Assembly: GCA_951406725.2 (NCBI GenBank)
Contig: OX597820.1
Span: forward strand, 127,534,001-127,598,000
Source: Octopus vulgaris
Lineage: Eukaryota
Direction of reading: 5' to 3'
DNA length: 64,000 nucleotides
Under the pieces are notes generated by a model, which did no database searches, had not been told where the DNA came from, and saw nothing but the letters and a program-made list of their open reading frames with translations. Of the stretch, positions 12,353-26,399 are shown one piece after another. The first letter of the stretch is position 1, and every line of letters begins with the position of its first letter. The position numbers and the translations under genes are program-made.

Positions 12353-14071
12353 ATTTATATATATACTGAGAAGTGTATTCATCTTTCAGTGAATGTTGTT
12401 TATTTCTCTGTTGATTGTTTATAATTGGAGAGAAAAGGCCTCAGCTCTCTCTCTCTCTCTCTCTCCCCTCTTCTGCAGACACAAACTTTGACACAAACAC
12501 TCGTATTCAAATATACAGACATTACATTCAAACTTTTCTTCCCTAGAAATGCCTTGAAAACAGAATAACAAAATGCAACAAAATATCTCGAACACTGGTG
12601 TAAATAATTAGAGGAAAAGTGTAATCAATCTCTCTTTACACATCTACATAAGATGCAAGGTACTTCGCAGTTACGCATTTTTTGTGTAGCAGAAATAATT
12701 CTAAAATGACAGAAATTATATATTTTCCTCAGGAAAACCTAAACCGTGTTTTTCTCTCTCTCTCTCTGATTTCCGTTTATGTATTTATTATTTATTTCCC
12801 TTTTAAACCAAGTGCGATCTTTCTCAATTTAACTGTCCACCAGGAGTGTGTGTGTGTTTGTTTGTTTAATTTAGCCATTTCTATTTTTCTTCCTGTATTT
12901 TCTGTTTCTTTATTATTATTATTATTTTGTACTCTTAACACAGAAAGATCTTTTCCTTTTTTCTTCTTCTTCTTTTGCTCGATGTTATTGTTTTGCAGAG
13001 TGAAGCGAGCAAGCTGTAGAAAGAGAGAGTTTGTTTGAAAGCGCGGAATGAAGTTCTAGTGGGTGACAAGGGGAAAAAAGAGGCCTGGTGCTGCTCCTGC
13101 CCCCCAAGCACACAGATGTTGGCGGGCGGCTGCCAACTTCTTTGTTTCTCTTTACTTTAACTTCTTTTCTTCCTCTCTCAAAGCATCGGCGTCGTCATTA
13201 ACCCTGCCTTTTATTTCTCATCGCTTTTTTCTTCTTCTTCGTCTTAACAATGTTCTCACTACCACTACAGCGACTAGCCTTATTATTATTAGTATTATCA
13301 TTATTATTGGTGTTGTTGTTTTGCCATTCGTAATAATATTTACTGCTTTCATTTATCGTAAACATTGGTCTTCATTTGTGTGTGTGCGTCAATACCGATT
13401 TGATTTATTTGTGTCTGTTAAGGCAATAATATGGAGAGCTGCTGCTCTACTCTTTATAATCTGAACTTGTTGGGTTTCTATTTTGTTTGCTTTACTTTCT
13501 TGAAAACACTGACGCATTTCTAACTATCAACACACTATAACGAACGATTATTACACTAAAGTATTCTGCTATATATTTCTTACCAAGGAACTTTAACGAG
13601 AAATCTCCCCCCCCCCCCATAGATATATGTAGTGAAAATACTCTGAGGTAAAACGAGTGTATATCTAATTTGCACATTTTTATTTCGTTAAAGAATCGGC
13701 CCTTCCTCCCTGTTTACCTAAGAATGTTTTCACGAACAAACTTCACCCATTTCTACTTTCCCCAAGCTACACCATTGAGTTATCACTATAGGTTTTATAT
13801 TTATGACTGTGTGTCTGTGAATTTGCTGTGGTATACACAGACTTTCCAAATCTTTGTTTAGATACAGGTGCGAATGTTTTGTTGCTAAGCGCATGCGTAC
13901 CGCATCTCTAATAGGTAAAGTCCGAATTGGGTTCCAACGACCTGGCCAATCCCTTTTCTTCTTTCAGTTTGGAAAATTGACAAATAAAGTACTTTACTCA
14001 AAGCTTAGCCTGCCAGAAAGCTGTGTCTGGAGCAGTCACATTGAAACGCGAAAACTTCTGAAAGAGTATTT

Positions 14072-14102
<31 letters not shown>

Positions 14103-15475
14103 ATGTTTGAAGGACGGAGGGAGTCCGCGCGCCTTTATTATATTAAAATGTGACAATTTACCCGAGTTTCCTTCACATCTGGTCGCAAATGCTAATTTTG
14201 TGTCTCTTGTATAGTGTGTGTGCTTGTAGGCCTTTCGTACAACCCTCACGTTATGGTGTTTATTTTTGTGTTCATCCTTAATATAATTCTGTAATACCTT
14301 GTGTATTTAAATATTTAACCAACCTCTGAAGATGTAAATGCTTTCAAATTACATTTTGGGAACTCGCAGAACTCATTGCACTGAAAAATATCTCAAACAC
14401 AATAACTGGTCTGTCTCAGTCCGCTCACTCACTTTCTCACTCCCCCTTCCACATGGTAGCAAGAGCCTCGCTTGATACTGCGTTCTGTCTCGGTGTTGAA
14501 TTTATGGAACAGGTTGATTCACTCTAGCCGTCAAATGCACCTTAAAACCAGAATTGAGACCCAGTGACTTGGCAGACTCTAGTCTGAGGTTGACCAAATT
14601 ACAAAAGTGGTCTTGGTACTGCATGTAGGTAAGGGAGGTAAGGCAATATGGAATATAAAGAGTTCTGCATGAAATCACAATATAAGATGAGCTAATTTGA
14701 ATGTCTTTGTTCGTGAGCAAGTGATCACCCATCACCTTGTCCATACACCCAAAGTATTATACTGTACACACACAACAAAATTCTCAAATTCTTCCTTTTA
14801 TTCCAACTACCATACACATTCGCCAAATTCAAGTTGCTCCAACTTAGTATAGAAACTGTTTCTGGATAGAAAGTTTTCAGGTCATCACATTCTGCTCCAG
14901 ATTTAGCTCCTATCCTCACCAAATTCTTTGACGTGTTTCTTCTCCTTCACTACAAGGTTCTCTTCTAATCTGTGGGGACATGATGCGTCCTATTCCCAAA
15001 GAAGAGCTATTTCTGATTCTGCTACCTTGAATCCCTGTTGCTTTCACTTCCAACATTTCAAAAGTAATGGAAACAGCTGTATACAACCATTTACTCCAAT
15101 ACTTTGATTCTTTGTCTTTCTGTCTCTCTTACTCTCCCTGTCCCCGCTCACTGACTTCCTGTGTGTTATCTAGTTTCTCTATTGTTATTATGGCCTGTTG
15201 CTTCAATATAATTCAAAATCCCCTACTTTGAAAAACAGATTAGGGTGGGTGACAGAAAGGGCATTCAGTTTTAAAATGCTACCTTAAATATTCCCCATCC
15301 AACCCATGCAAGCATGAAAAAATGGATGACAGACAAATGAATGAAATACTCTCCTAATTAACAAATCAGTGGTCTTTTGCTATTGAGAACTTAAGAATGC
15401 AAATCTGTTGCTGTTTACCTCAGCAAAGTCTTTGACCATATTTGGCATGTGAGTCTATCTGTTAAATTACTTGTT

Positions 15476-15793
15476 CAGGTCACTGCTTGGAATGGAACTC
15501 GGAATTTTGGGGTTAGTAGCCTGCACTCTTAACCACTACTCCATATGCCCACGGGCATATGGTGTAGTGGTTAAGAGCTCAGGCTACTAACCCCAAGATT
15601 CCGAGTTCCATTCCAAGCAGTGACCTGAACAATAATAATAATAACAACAACAACATTGAAAAATACCATAGGAATGAGAACCCAGGTTCAAACTTTCCCC
15701 AAGACACCTGATGAAGACTGGTGGTATATCAGCCGAAGCGTTGTGTTAACAAGAAACAAGATGAGGACAGATATCCGTCAATTGTAAATAATG
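15476..15793 (+). mobile_element. tRNA-headed non-autonomous retroelement with hammerhead ribozyme and 5' inverted duplication (Penelope-like mobilisation)
   Basis: 8-bp TSD TACTTGTT (15468-15475 / 15794-15801). 80-bp inverted arms 15471-15550 / 15553-15632 with 4 mismatches. A box TGGTGTAGTGG, B-box-like GAGTTCCATTCC, an (AAT/AAC)n spacer, and a hammerhead core at 15708-15742. Confidence 0.8.
15703..15747 (+). ncRNA. Minimal type I hammerhead ribozyme (degenerate copy)
   Basis: Stem I GACAC/GTGTT, core CTGATGA (15708-14), stem II GACTG/CAGCC, GAAG in place of GAAA (15735-38), palindromic mini stem III and a GUU site. Confidence 0.65.
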
Positions 15794-17637
15794 TACTTGT
15801 TAGAGGTTATCTCATGGCTTGAATTCAATGTCTTTTTTTGTCTTCAATTTACATCCTGTAATGTCTTGTGTATTCCAGTGTTCAGTTATGTCTCCAATGC
15901 TTTCCCACCAACTTGCTGTTACTTCTAACTATATGCACACAGTTAAGATGCTGACACCATGCTTCATTCCTCCTTAACCTTTGGCAAACAGGCATCATTT
16001 GCCAGCAGCCTTCTGTGAACTCAATACTCAAGAAGCATCCTGTGGTGGAGATTTGATAATTCAGTCTTCTCTTCGCAGATTCGTTCACAACACACATGAA
16101 AGTAAGAGTGTTACATTTCACTCTCCCAGAATCTGAACAACACACTACTAAAGTCTTCAGAATCACTACAGATGTCAAGCCTCATCATCTCATCACTTTG
16201 TTAAAACTGTATCCCAAAACTTCAACTTGGATCAGTTGCTAACAGTTCACAAAGTACAACCCACATTAGAATACTGATAATACACTTGGCACAGTGTTGC
16301 TGCTGCTGCACACAGAAGCATCTTGAACTGCATCTAAAATATGCTTTGTTAGTTGGATAGAACTTATTAACATATTACTACCATCACTCTACAGACACAT
16401 TGTTCTTTCTTCTCTTTGTCTCTACAGATCTAACAAGCTTTGTGCACTTCTGTCTCAACCCACCCATTTATCTCTCTTTTTCTTTCCTATTCTCTTAATC
16501 TGTTGGACATTGAACAAAACACTTTTACCCAATAATTTCGGTTGTGAATAGGTGTCCACTTACAGAAGTTCAAGCTGAACACCAACAACATCAGTTCCAC
16601 CATTCAGGAGGTCACATGCGCTACTCTTATTTTCTGGCTAAACTGATAAATTATTCTCACAGTATTTACTATGGAAACACTTTTGAGACTGTAGACCAAC
16701 ACTAATTTGTTTTAGCAATATTTTTCTTAAATTTTTGTAATGTTGAATAAGTAACATGAAAATGAAATTATATCTATAACATATAAAAAAAACTACATTA
16801 GCAAGTTTAATCAGAATCTGCCTCCACACTCTCCAACTGAGAGTCATTAATGTGGGACTCATTTAGAGTTCACTCTTTCTTTTATCTGTTAACATTTGGT
16901 ATGGTTGATATTTACATTTAATACAGGGAAATATATTCTTTGAATTTGATGCACCCCACAGTGAATGGATCCTGGGTGGAGGTAAAGGGAATGGTGTTTA
17001 TTGATGACAGAGATCATCACTAGCTATTTCTTCAAATTTATTCCCCACAAATATGTTGTGACTGAGTTATCATTTTGCACACTATAGAAAATGTTTACTT
17101 AGACTTTTGCAGTTAAGTTCATATATCTATATACAGCAAGAATCCCCGAAAACTAAGATCTTTGTTTATCCCTTGGCAAAATTCCATTCACCACTATTCA
17201 TTTTTTTTTTTTCATTAGTCAATCCAGCTTTTCTCAAGAACATCAAATATAAGCTCTTTGTAGGTTTGAACTTAATCTCCACAAATTCCTGAATTAAATT
17301 CCTGACAAATTGCACACACTAGAATATATTTCCAGAAATAATAACCTTCTGCTTGAGTGGTCGGTGTTATTAAGTTTTGGATAGCCTGGTTTGGGCCTTG
17401 GTGGCCCCTCATTTAAGACATCTGCATGTATTTCTTGTAAGAATGCCTGTATGATTCAATATGCCAAACATACTTGAAGTTAAATATATTTCATGTATCA
17501 CAATGATCTGGGCATAAAATTTTTTTTTCCTTACATTTTTAAAAATGTATGAATGAAATAAATATTATTATTAATCATTGGAACCGTATTTTCATGTATA
17601 TGTCAGTTGAATGGCTGAAGTGACTAGGAATTTCAAT

Positions 17638-17960
<323 letters not shown>

Positions 17961-19644
17961 GGAATGTTTGTGAAAAAGTTCAATTTGGTTAATCCGTTAC
18001 TGAAATGTATAGCAGTATGTTTTATATCTTCTTTTTCATCATGTGTGATCTAATCCTTTAAGCTCTTCTCTGTAATCCTCTGTGATAAATAAAGCTATGA
18101 TCTTAGAATGCCAGTAAGTAAAATTCAGATGTCTTCTTCCGCTGCTGCTCATTCTGTCGGATCCCACATTGTTTTACTGTTTCTTGTTGATATTTTGATC
18201 CAAGATCTTCACAGTTCCACTTCCAGTTTCACTCTTTATTTTCTTGGCTTTCTGTTGCAACTTTCTACTTTATTGCTTTGGTTTAATTAATAAAATTAGC
18301 ACCATCACCACCATCAGAAGAAACTCTACTTGTTGCTCCACTGGCTAGATATAGCAGCTAAATTTCCCTCATATCACACATCTTATAATTATAAAAAGGG
18401 AGGGGCATATTAGATAATGTTCTTTTCGATACCTTACAGTTCAGGTTGTCATTAGTTAAAATACGTTTGATCATAGGTCTGCTTGATCAGTGTTAACCCA
18501 AGCCTGAACAAGAACAGGTAAGTAGTTTGTGCAAATGCTAGAAAGCTTCCGTCTAAGCTTTTCAGCATCTAGCATTATGTCCCCACAGTTCAGAGTTCAA
18601 ATCTTGGTGCAGTCAGCTTTGCTTTTTATCAATTTGGAGTTTTTAAAAAATGTAAATATTTGTCCTGGAACCAAACTAGAAATTTGGCTTCATTTAAAAG
18701 CACAGTGATTTGAACTGAGTTATAAAATCTTGGTGACTTCTACAGGTTTTCATATTCTCTTCCCTATCTTTGATTTTTTTTTTTTATATGTCATCACCCT
18801 TGTTGCTTTAATGTCCATTTTTTTCATGCTTGCTTGAGTGGCGTGGAGTTCCTTGAAGCTGGATTCCTGTGGCTTGCTACTATTCCTGTTACCTATCCTC
18901 ATCTGTCACAAAGCAAGATAATATTTCTCCACAGCCAGATTGGAAATGAATGACACCACTTGTGTAATAGGGATGCTCATTTATACCTGCTGTGCAATGT
19001 CAGGACAAAGTAACGCACCCTGTCTTTATGACTTGTTACTAATTTAGTAAATTATTTCCATATGAACAATTTATGATGTTCACTTTTGGCCCTTAGCCTT
19101 GCAGCTTCCCTGGCGATTGTCTTTAATGCTGGTGACATGACAGCATGCACGCAGTACCCTCTAAAGGTCATCCAGCTATAGAAACCAGATCAAAGTAGGC
19201 ATTGGAACATGATGCGGTCCTTCAACGTGTCAGATTCTGATGTGCCAAAGCACCCTTGTTCTTTTTGACTCCTTTTGTGTCTTATTCTGTGTACTGTGCT
19301 TCTACTTCTAGCATTCATTGCTGTCTTTTTCACTTGACTTATGCATCTGCCCTCTGTCTCCCCTTTTAACCTCTTTTCTGAGTTTTTGTTATCTGAGTAC
19401 TCATTATTATTAATGTTATTTTAAACTATTCAACCCATGTTGCATGGGCTGAACAACATGGAAGCCACATGTGAAATGATGATAATAAATTCATTACAAA
19501 CTCTTCTTACATTGCTCGCTTACAGCCTTTTTTTATGAGCATTCATGTTACTGGGGGTAATTTTGCTCTAGCAAATATTTTTACAATAGGATGCCCTTCT
19601 TTGTAACAATCTCATATTCATTAAGCAACAGTTAGGCAATTTTT

Positions 19645-20061
19645 GGATCTTTTCGGTTTGAACGGCAGTTCTTAACATAATTTCTAGGTAACTAAAAAAT
19701 TTTAAACTTCGTATACTGCTAGAATGTGTTTATAAAATATCTTTTTCTCTTGGTTTTATTGAGAAAATTCTATGGTTTGTAAGATATTTGTTGTTTTTTT
19801 TTCTTCAATTTCTGCAATTTCAACCAATCGATGACGTCTATTGAGGTAAAAAACATCCTGTGCCGTATGAATATGTCCCTCATTTAAGAAACAGATTGGG
19901 TTTATTTACATTTGCGAAGAAAAAAGATACCCTTCACCCCACCCCTAACCCTAACCCTAAAACAGACTGAAATGCAATAGATGGATACTAGGGTCATAAT
20001 TATGGGTGACAATTTCATATGACACCGCTAGAAAAAACTGCCGTTCAAACCGAAAAGATCC
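19645..20061. mobile_element. MITE with 26-bp TIRs and 8-bp TSD (Merlin-like GG...CC ends)
   Basis: TIR GGATCTTTTCGGTTTGAACGGCAGTT / AACTGCCGTTCAAACCGAAAAGATCC. TSD CAATTTTT at 19637-19644 and 20062-20069. Internal (CCCTAA)3. Confidence 0.9.
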
Positions 20062-20984
20062 CAATTTTTTTGCCCATCAGGCAAATCAAAGCAACAATAT
20101 AACAATAATAAGGAAAAAGTTTTGTGACCCTGTTATTTATTCTGTCCAGTGAATTAACTAAAATGTCTCTCCTAATATTTCTCAAATATACAGAACTCTG
20201 CATCTCTCTGTCTCATTATAAGTTATAGTTATCTTGTGGCATTCAAAGATCAGATCATTTAGGTTCCGTTTCCACTTATTTTTCATCAGCCGATTCACTT
20301 GCACAGTTTTATGGATTACCTTTTAAGCCACTTAAAACAATTCAAGCTCAAACACACTAAACTTTTTTTCGTTATTTGCCTAACTAGCAAATATATTAGA
20401 TCGATTACAGAACCAATGCTTCCATACATTACTAAAATAACCCCATGAGTCACACTGAAGTATAAAAGATGTTGACTAAGTAATTACTGACGAAATGGCT
20501 TAAAACAGGGTTTGTTTGAAAGATGTCATATCCTTGATGTCTGAACTTTGTAAGCTGTGAAACCTTTTGCCAGGAATCATTGTAGGATATTGTTTAGTTT
20601 CTTTCAAACCTGCTTAAAAGTGCTCCTATAGCTAGACAACAGTGTTTGATATCAAAGCATAGTGTATCAATATCTATATTATCCATTGTTTTCTTCCTTT
20701 TTCAAGGTGGAGATGAGGGAGATTTAGTTTGCTATTTCTGGCAGAACAGAAGCTTTGCTTTGGCTCACTCCTCATTTGTTGTTATCATCACTAGTTTTCA
20801 GGTTTTCACTCATTCTGTTATCTCTCTTTGATAGAATCCCATAGAGATAGAATTTGAACTTCACACTGTCAAATATTAATAAAGTGCCTCAGCTACTCAC
20901 GTACACATTGTGTCATCTCATGTTATTTGAGATCTAAGAGTTTTCAGCATACAATTGAATTGATCAACACCAATGGAGATTGTA

Positions 20985-21303
20985 GCTGTGATACCAGTGC
21001 CGGTGGCACGTAAGAGAACCATCCGAACGTGGCTGTTGCCAGTGCCGCCCCGACTGGCCTCCGTGCCGGTGGCACGTAAAAAGCACCATCCGATCATGGC
21101 CATTTGCCAGCCTCATCTGGCACCTGTTCCGATGGCATGTAAAAAGCACCCACTACACTCACGGAGTGGTTAGCGTTAGGAAGGGCATCCAGCCGTAGAA
21201 ACATTGCCAGATCAGACTGGGCCTGGTGCAGCCTTCTGGCTTCACAGACCCCAGTTGAACCATCCAACCCATGGAAAGCGGACGCTAAATGATAATGATG
21301 ATA
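20985..21303 (+). mobile_element. RTE 3'-UTR fragment with tandem ~65-bp units
   Basis: The gtgccggtggcacgtaa unit occurs three times, followed by the conserved tail and (gat/aat)n. Confidence 0.9.
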
Positions 21304-22212
21304 ATAGGATATGTATTGCCGACTTGACTCCTCTTCATCTGGCAGGTTAACGTCCTCCCAGCTCAGCCAGCAGGTTTTAAATATTAATTGTACTTTAATC
21401 ACTTAGTCTTTCATTTCCTTCCCGTCTGCTTTCAGTTTTCCTTGCTCACTCAATTTCTCTGTCTGTCTGTCTGTCCCTCTCACACACGCACATTATGGCT
21501 GTTGTTGAATAGTTAAAGCTGAGGTTTCAAAATACAAAGCCCTTTAAAATAGTCCCTATTAATTAAAGAAATCATGTTATGAAAGAACAATGTCTGTTTT
21601 GTTATGTGGCAGTTTTTTTTTTGTCTTGTATACCTTTGAAGTATTTGTTTTAATGCATTATGTAATATTGTTGTTTTGCTCAGGTTTTGCTCTGATCCAG
21701 CAAACCTGTATTCAAAGGCAGTCCAGCATATATCAACAGCTCTCATAGACTATATTTCTTTTATTTTTTTTTTATTTTTAAGGCACTAAAGTATTTTTGT
21801 TTCGTTTATCTGGCTTCTATTTCTAACAGCTTGAGTGACCATGTAGAGGTCCTTCATTGGTTCATTGTTGGTGGTGTTTGTATAAGTAGTTCATGTATGT
21901 ATAAAATATCTCTGAAAAGTCTTAAAAAGCACCAAGCAGATGTTAAAAGTATGTACATATTAGCTTTATAATTCACCCCCTTCCCTACACGAACACAATG
22001 ACTTGTTCGCAAGAAAGAAAGGAAAACTTTTATCTGTTGTCGGCTTTTATTTCATTTCCAGCATTGCTTTTTATGCTGTTTTCCTTCTTTTTCTTCTTAA
22101 TTTTGATTTATATAATTATGATATAGGTTTAGTTGTGCCCGGTGTGGTACCTTGTCCTATAGAAGCTGGTGTAGTGTCTTATTGTTATCACTAGTTCATT
22201 GGTCTCTACCTT

Positions 22213-22568
22213 CTCTTTTATCTTTTACTTGTTCCAGTCATTTGATTGCATCCATGCTGGGGCACTGCCTTGAAGGGTTTTTAGTCAACCAATTCGACCA
22301 CAGGACTTTTTTTAAAGCCTGGTACTTGTTCTATTGGTCTCTGTTGCCGAACTGCTAAGTTATGGGTACATAAACACACTGACATCGGTTGTCAAGCAGT
22401 GGTGGAGGACACTCAGACACACACATACATACATATACGAGAGGCTTCTTTCAGTTTCTGCCTACCAAATCCACTCAAAAATCTTTGGTTGGCCCTAGAC
22501 TATTGTAGAAGACACTTGCCCAAGGTGCCACAGTGGGACTGAACCCAGAACCATGTTGTTGGGAAGCA
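22213..22568 (-). mobile_element. SINE, family B
   Basis: Colinear with 52408-52841. Confidence 0.85.
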
Positions 22569-22854
22569 TATTTTATTTTAAATGTAAAACCACACCAAAT
22601 AGCTCAGTTGTGTTGCATCTGCAAATTTCCTGTTGCCAGTTTGAGTCCTTGTTTCTATTTTTATGATTTTCAAAGAGTTAATATGGGAGTTTATGAACTT
22701 TTATGGTCATAGTAGATTGTGTGCTCGTATGAGGTTTGTTTTTGTTGTGGCTTTAAGGTTTTGAAGTGCTTAATGTGTTACTTGGGCATCAGTCAGTCAC
22801 ATTATATTTGCAGGGTGTCTTACTCTGTCAAATAATCATTGATATATCTTAGAC

Positions 22855-23100
22855 CAACAGTTCCCAACCTTTTTTTGCACCACAGACTGATCTCATGCAA
22901 GACAACTTTTTCAGGGACTGAGGGACCATGTGCATAACAATAAGGTGCCTAATATGGCACATATTACATATATAACTCAAAAGCACTTTGCAGAATATGA
23001 CAGTCAATAAAAAGGAATAAAATTTATTCTTCCTGTGCCGCCCAGTGCCAAATGAGCCATGGCATAGCACGGTTCCACAGCTCGGTAGTTGGAACTCCTA
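22855..23100 (+). mobile_element. Degenerate hAT/Charlie (MER1-like) MITE
   Basis: Starts caacagttcccaacctttt...caagacaactttttc and ends gttggaactccta. The flanks tcttagac / ccatagac resemble an 8-bp hAT TSD. Confidence 0.65.
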
Positions 23101-23859
23101 CCATAGACTTATATTCTTCAATTCATTTTTTTTTATGAGATATTTAATAATGAATCATAGTGTTGCTAATAACTAATAATAATGGTTTATTGTTATGTGT
23201 GGAATAATAATAAACACAGCAGTCATGTGTGGAAGGGGTTAGTTGATAATATTGACCTTAGTACTTGATTAGTATTTAATTATATTGATCCTATAAGGAT
23301 GAAAGGTAAAGTTTACATCTGCTGGATTTAAACTCAGAGCATAAGATCTGGAACAAATGCCATAAGGCATTATCTTCTGATGGTCTAATGATTCTACCGG
23401 CTTGTAGTTGTAATAATAATTCTTTCTATTATAGGCACAGGGCCTGGAAATTTACTGGTGGGAGAACCAGTTGATAATGTTGACTCCAGTGCTTAACTGC
23501 TACTTATTTTGTTGACCCTGTAATTTGAACTTTAGAATGTAAAGAATCAGAAAAGAATGTCGCTAAGCATTTTGTCTGACATGCTAGCAATTCAGCCAGC
23601 CTACCACATTGATAATTGTAATTGTACATAAATAATGATTATTTCTTTAATAATAACAATAACAACAACATTAGGCCTGAAAGATGTTCATTATACAAAG
23701 AACTAAAATATATATATAAAAAAAAGGTGAATAATTTAAAACTGAATGCTTGCAATTGAATTTGTAATGTGGGTTGGAGAAACAGTCGGGAGTTTTGTTT
23801 GCTTGATTATTGCATTTATAAATGGTTGTGAATAATGTTGAGCTTTATTATTACTATTT

Positions 23860-24200
23860 GCCTTTCATCCTTTTGGGGTCGATAAATTAAGTACGAGTGA
23901 AACACTGGGACTGATGTAATCAACTAGCCCTCTCCTCCAACATTTCAGGCCTTGTCCCTATAGTAGAAAGGATTATTAGTATTATTAAGGTTGTGAGCTG
24001 GCAGAATTGTAAGCACATTGGACAAAAATGCTTAGAGGTATATCTTTTGATTCATTAGATTCTGAGTTCAAATTCTGCAGAGGTCGACTTAGCATTTCGT
24101 CCTTCCAACTTTGATAAAATAAGTACCAGATGAGCCCTGGGGTTGGTGTAATTGACTACTCCCTCCTTAAATTGCTGGCCTTGTGCTAAGATTTGATACC
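23860..24200 (+). mobile_element. Two adjacent SINE family C copies (one partial)
   Basis: The tttgcctttcatccttttggggtcgataaattaagtac core and gagctggcagaa...gagttcaaattc head match 62151-62380. Confidence 0.8.
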
Positions 24201-26399
24201 ATTTTAATGAATTCACTAATTCATTTGTTTGTTTTGAAGACATTTCTTTAGCTGAGTCTGCAATGAACAGAAAGGAAAAAATTGATTCATTATGGAATGG
24301 AAAGTGTTCTAAGTTTAAGACGACTTGTAGCGGTGCCTTGACAGCCCCCCCCCCCCCAACTTTAGCTGTAAAGAAAACCACAACACCAATGCACAAGGGG
24401 TTAAACAATTATAAAAAAATAAGAAAAAAATTATGATATATATACTTTGTAAGATTTTGGCTGAGAAAATATTCTATCGATTAACTGAAACTAGTATGGA
24501 AAAATAAACAAAACTGATGATGCCGGGAGGCGTTTTAGACTGTTCAGTGATATTGTCCTTCTCCAGTTCCACTAGCATTGGCAATTAGGTACCAACTATT
24601 TTGGAGAAATCTACTTGTACTAAACTCGAACCCTGTCTGTGTAGATTCATATTTTATATAGGAACTCTATAGGAACCCTTTTGTTATATTTCTTGGAATT
24701 ACACTTTACATAGATTTAATTTAACCTTCTTCTTATCACATTTCTTTTGAAAATAATAAAGAATTCATCAAAATAATTTTGTCATTATCAAGCTGGTGTT
24801 CAGAACCCAAATTAGTATGAAATTCTAATTGAAAGTTTTAATCAAAATAATTTTAAGACATTTGAATTTGTATCAGAATCAGTCAGTCTCGAGTAAGTTG
24901 ATCTTGAAGGGGTTGAACAATTATGAAAAAAATTAGAAAAAATCTGAAGGCAACAATGTCTACATGTACCCCATTATTCATCAAAAAAAAAAACAGAATT
25001 GCTATTTCCTGTTTCTCCAATACTTCTTTAGTATCTTTTATGGAAATGTTTATATCCGGCACTAAAAGCATTTGATTTTTGCTCTGTAAAGAAATATATG
25101 ATGAAATATCTGTAAATAATTAAGAGAATCCGAAAAACTCTCATCTGTAACAAGTGTCACTGGGGATGTAGGCACTTTGTGCCGCATAAAGTTCTTCTTT
25201 CTTTCTTTTTTTTTTAAGCTATGGGGTTAAAACACTTTCCACAGTTACTAGTAACAAAATATCGAGTGATTGTATCTGCTTTGCATGTTCAAAGAGTTAA
25301 TGATTTTATTGTAAGTCCAAGTTTGAGAAGAAATTAAGATTTCTTGCTGTAAATGTTTCTAGACCTGAATGTAATTTTGTCATTCTGAGATCCTTAAGAG
25401 CAAAATCTATGGTCTCTAGCAGATAAATCTCCCTCAAATCTCTCTCCGGTCTTAAAAAGGGATACATTGGATAATGTGGTCCTAGTCGTTTGAATGGTCA
25501 TCTTTGGAATGGTTTTCACCATCCTGCAGTAAAACTGAGTTGAGTCTATTTACGAAATCAAGTGTGAAACTGCAAGCAGCAGCAGCAGCAGCAAGGTGAC
25601 CATCTCAAAAACTTGGACAAAAGAAATGTGTGACAAAACATGAGAAGATGCAGTTGTCTAAGTTCTTTTCACGTTCTCTTACAACCTATTTCTTAATCCC
25701 CATCATCATTTAATGTCCACCTTCCGTGAAGTGTGGCAAATGTGTTATCCATTAATTAGCATGTTTGCACTAATTTTTATGTATTGTTTCTTTGTTCCTT
25801 TTACTTCTGTTTTGTCTATGCAAGCATGGCTTAGATGAATATCTTATTAAGGTAGTTGAAGTATTGTTTGATAGCTGGATGCCCTTCCTGTTGCCAACAG
25901 TTATCTGTTTTCCAAGTAAGCAGTCTTTTCACATGTCTTTGAAGGTGCAAAGCAAATGGATGATTTGTGGACAGGAAGTGGACAGCAACGCCACTCATAA
26001 TGAACAACTTACGTAGAACACAAACACAAACAACCCCTCTCTCCACTCTCAAAGTTGTACTTTATTCTAAAGATATTTCAACACTAGTTGTGAAATCAAA
26101 CACCTGTTGTAAATGTAGTGTGAAATCACTTTCTTTAGGTTCAATCTGTTACTGCCACCGTACGCTATCAAATCTTGCCTGGACCCACATCCTACCATCT
26201 TAGAGAAGGATACCATGAGCAAGGTTTTCTCTGTTATAGGTATGTGTGTGTGTGTGTGTATGTGTGTGTATATATATATATAGTTATGGTATATTCTGTT
26301 AAGAACATAGTAGAGTACAGTATAAAGCTCAACCACCTTGTGCTATCCAATAGTAGTATTATATGGTTTGTGTTTGGTCATCTGTCATGTGTGAATAGG

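Larger units (their letters stand above)
14800..16400 (+). mobile_element. Very old CR1/Jockey-group LINE RT remnant
   Basis: Broken motifs APDLAPILTKFF (~14895), IPK (~14992), PVAFTSNISKVME (~15034) and LSKVFDHIWH (~15419). Interrupted by younger inserts. Confidence 0.6.

Noticed and set aside
15553-15625. Functional tRNA gene
   Set aside because: B box is mutated, the acceptor stem is poor and there is no oligo-T terminator. It is part of a TSD-flanked element. The same applies to the other SINE heads.
18515-18523. Perfect CAG|GTAAGT donor
   Set aside because: It lies at the end of a degenerate repeat with no clear matching acceptor, so exonisation is unproven.
20995-21150. CRISPR-like repeat-spacer look of the gtgccggtggcacgtaa units
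   Set aside because: The spacers are homologous to each other, the context is eukaryotic, there are no cas genes, and the units are part of the RTE 3' UTR.
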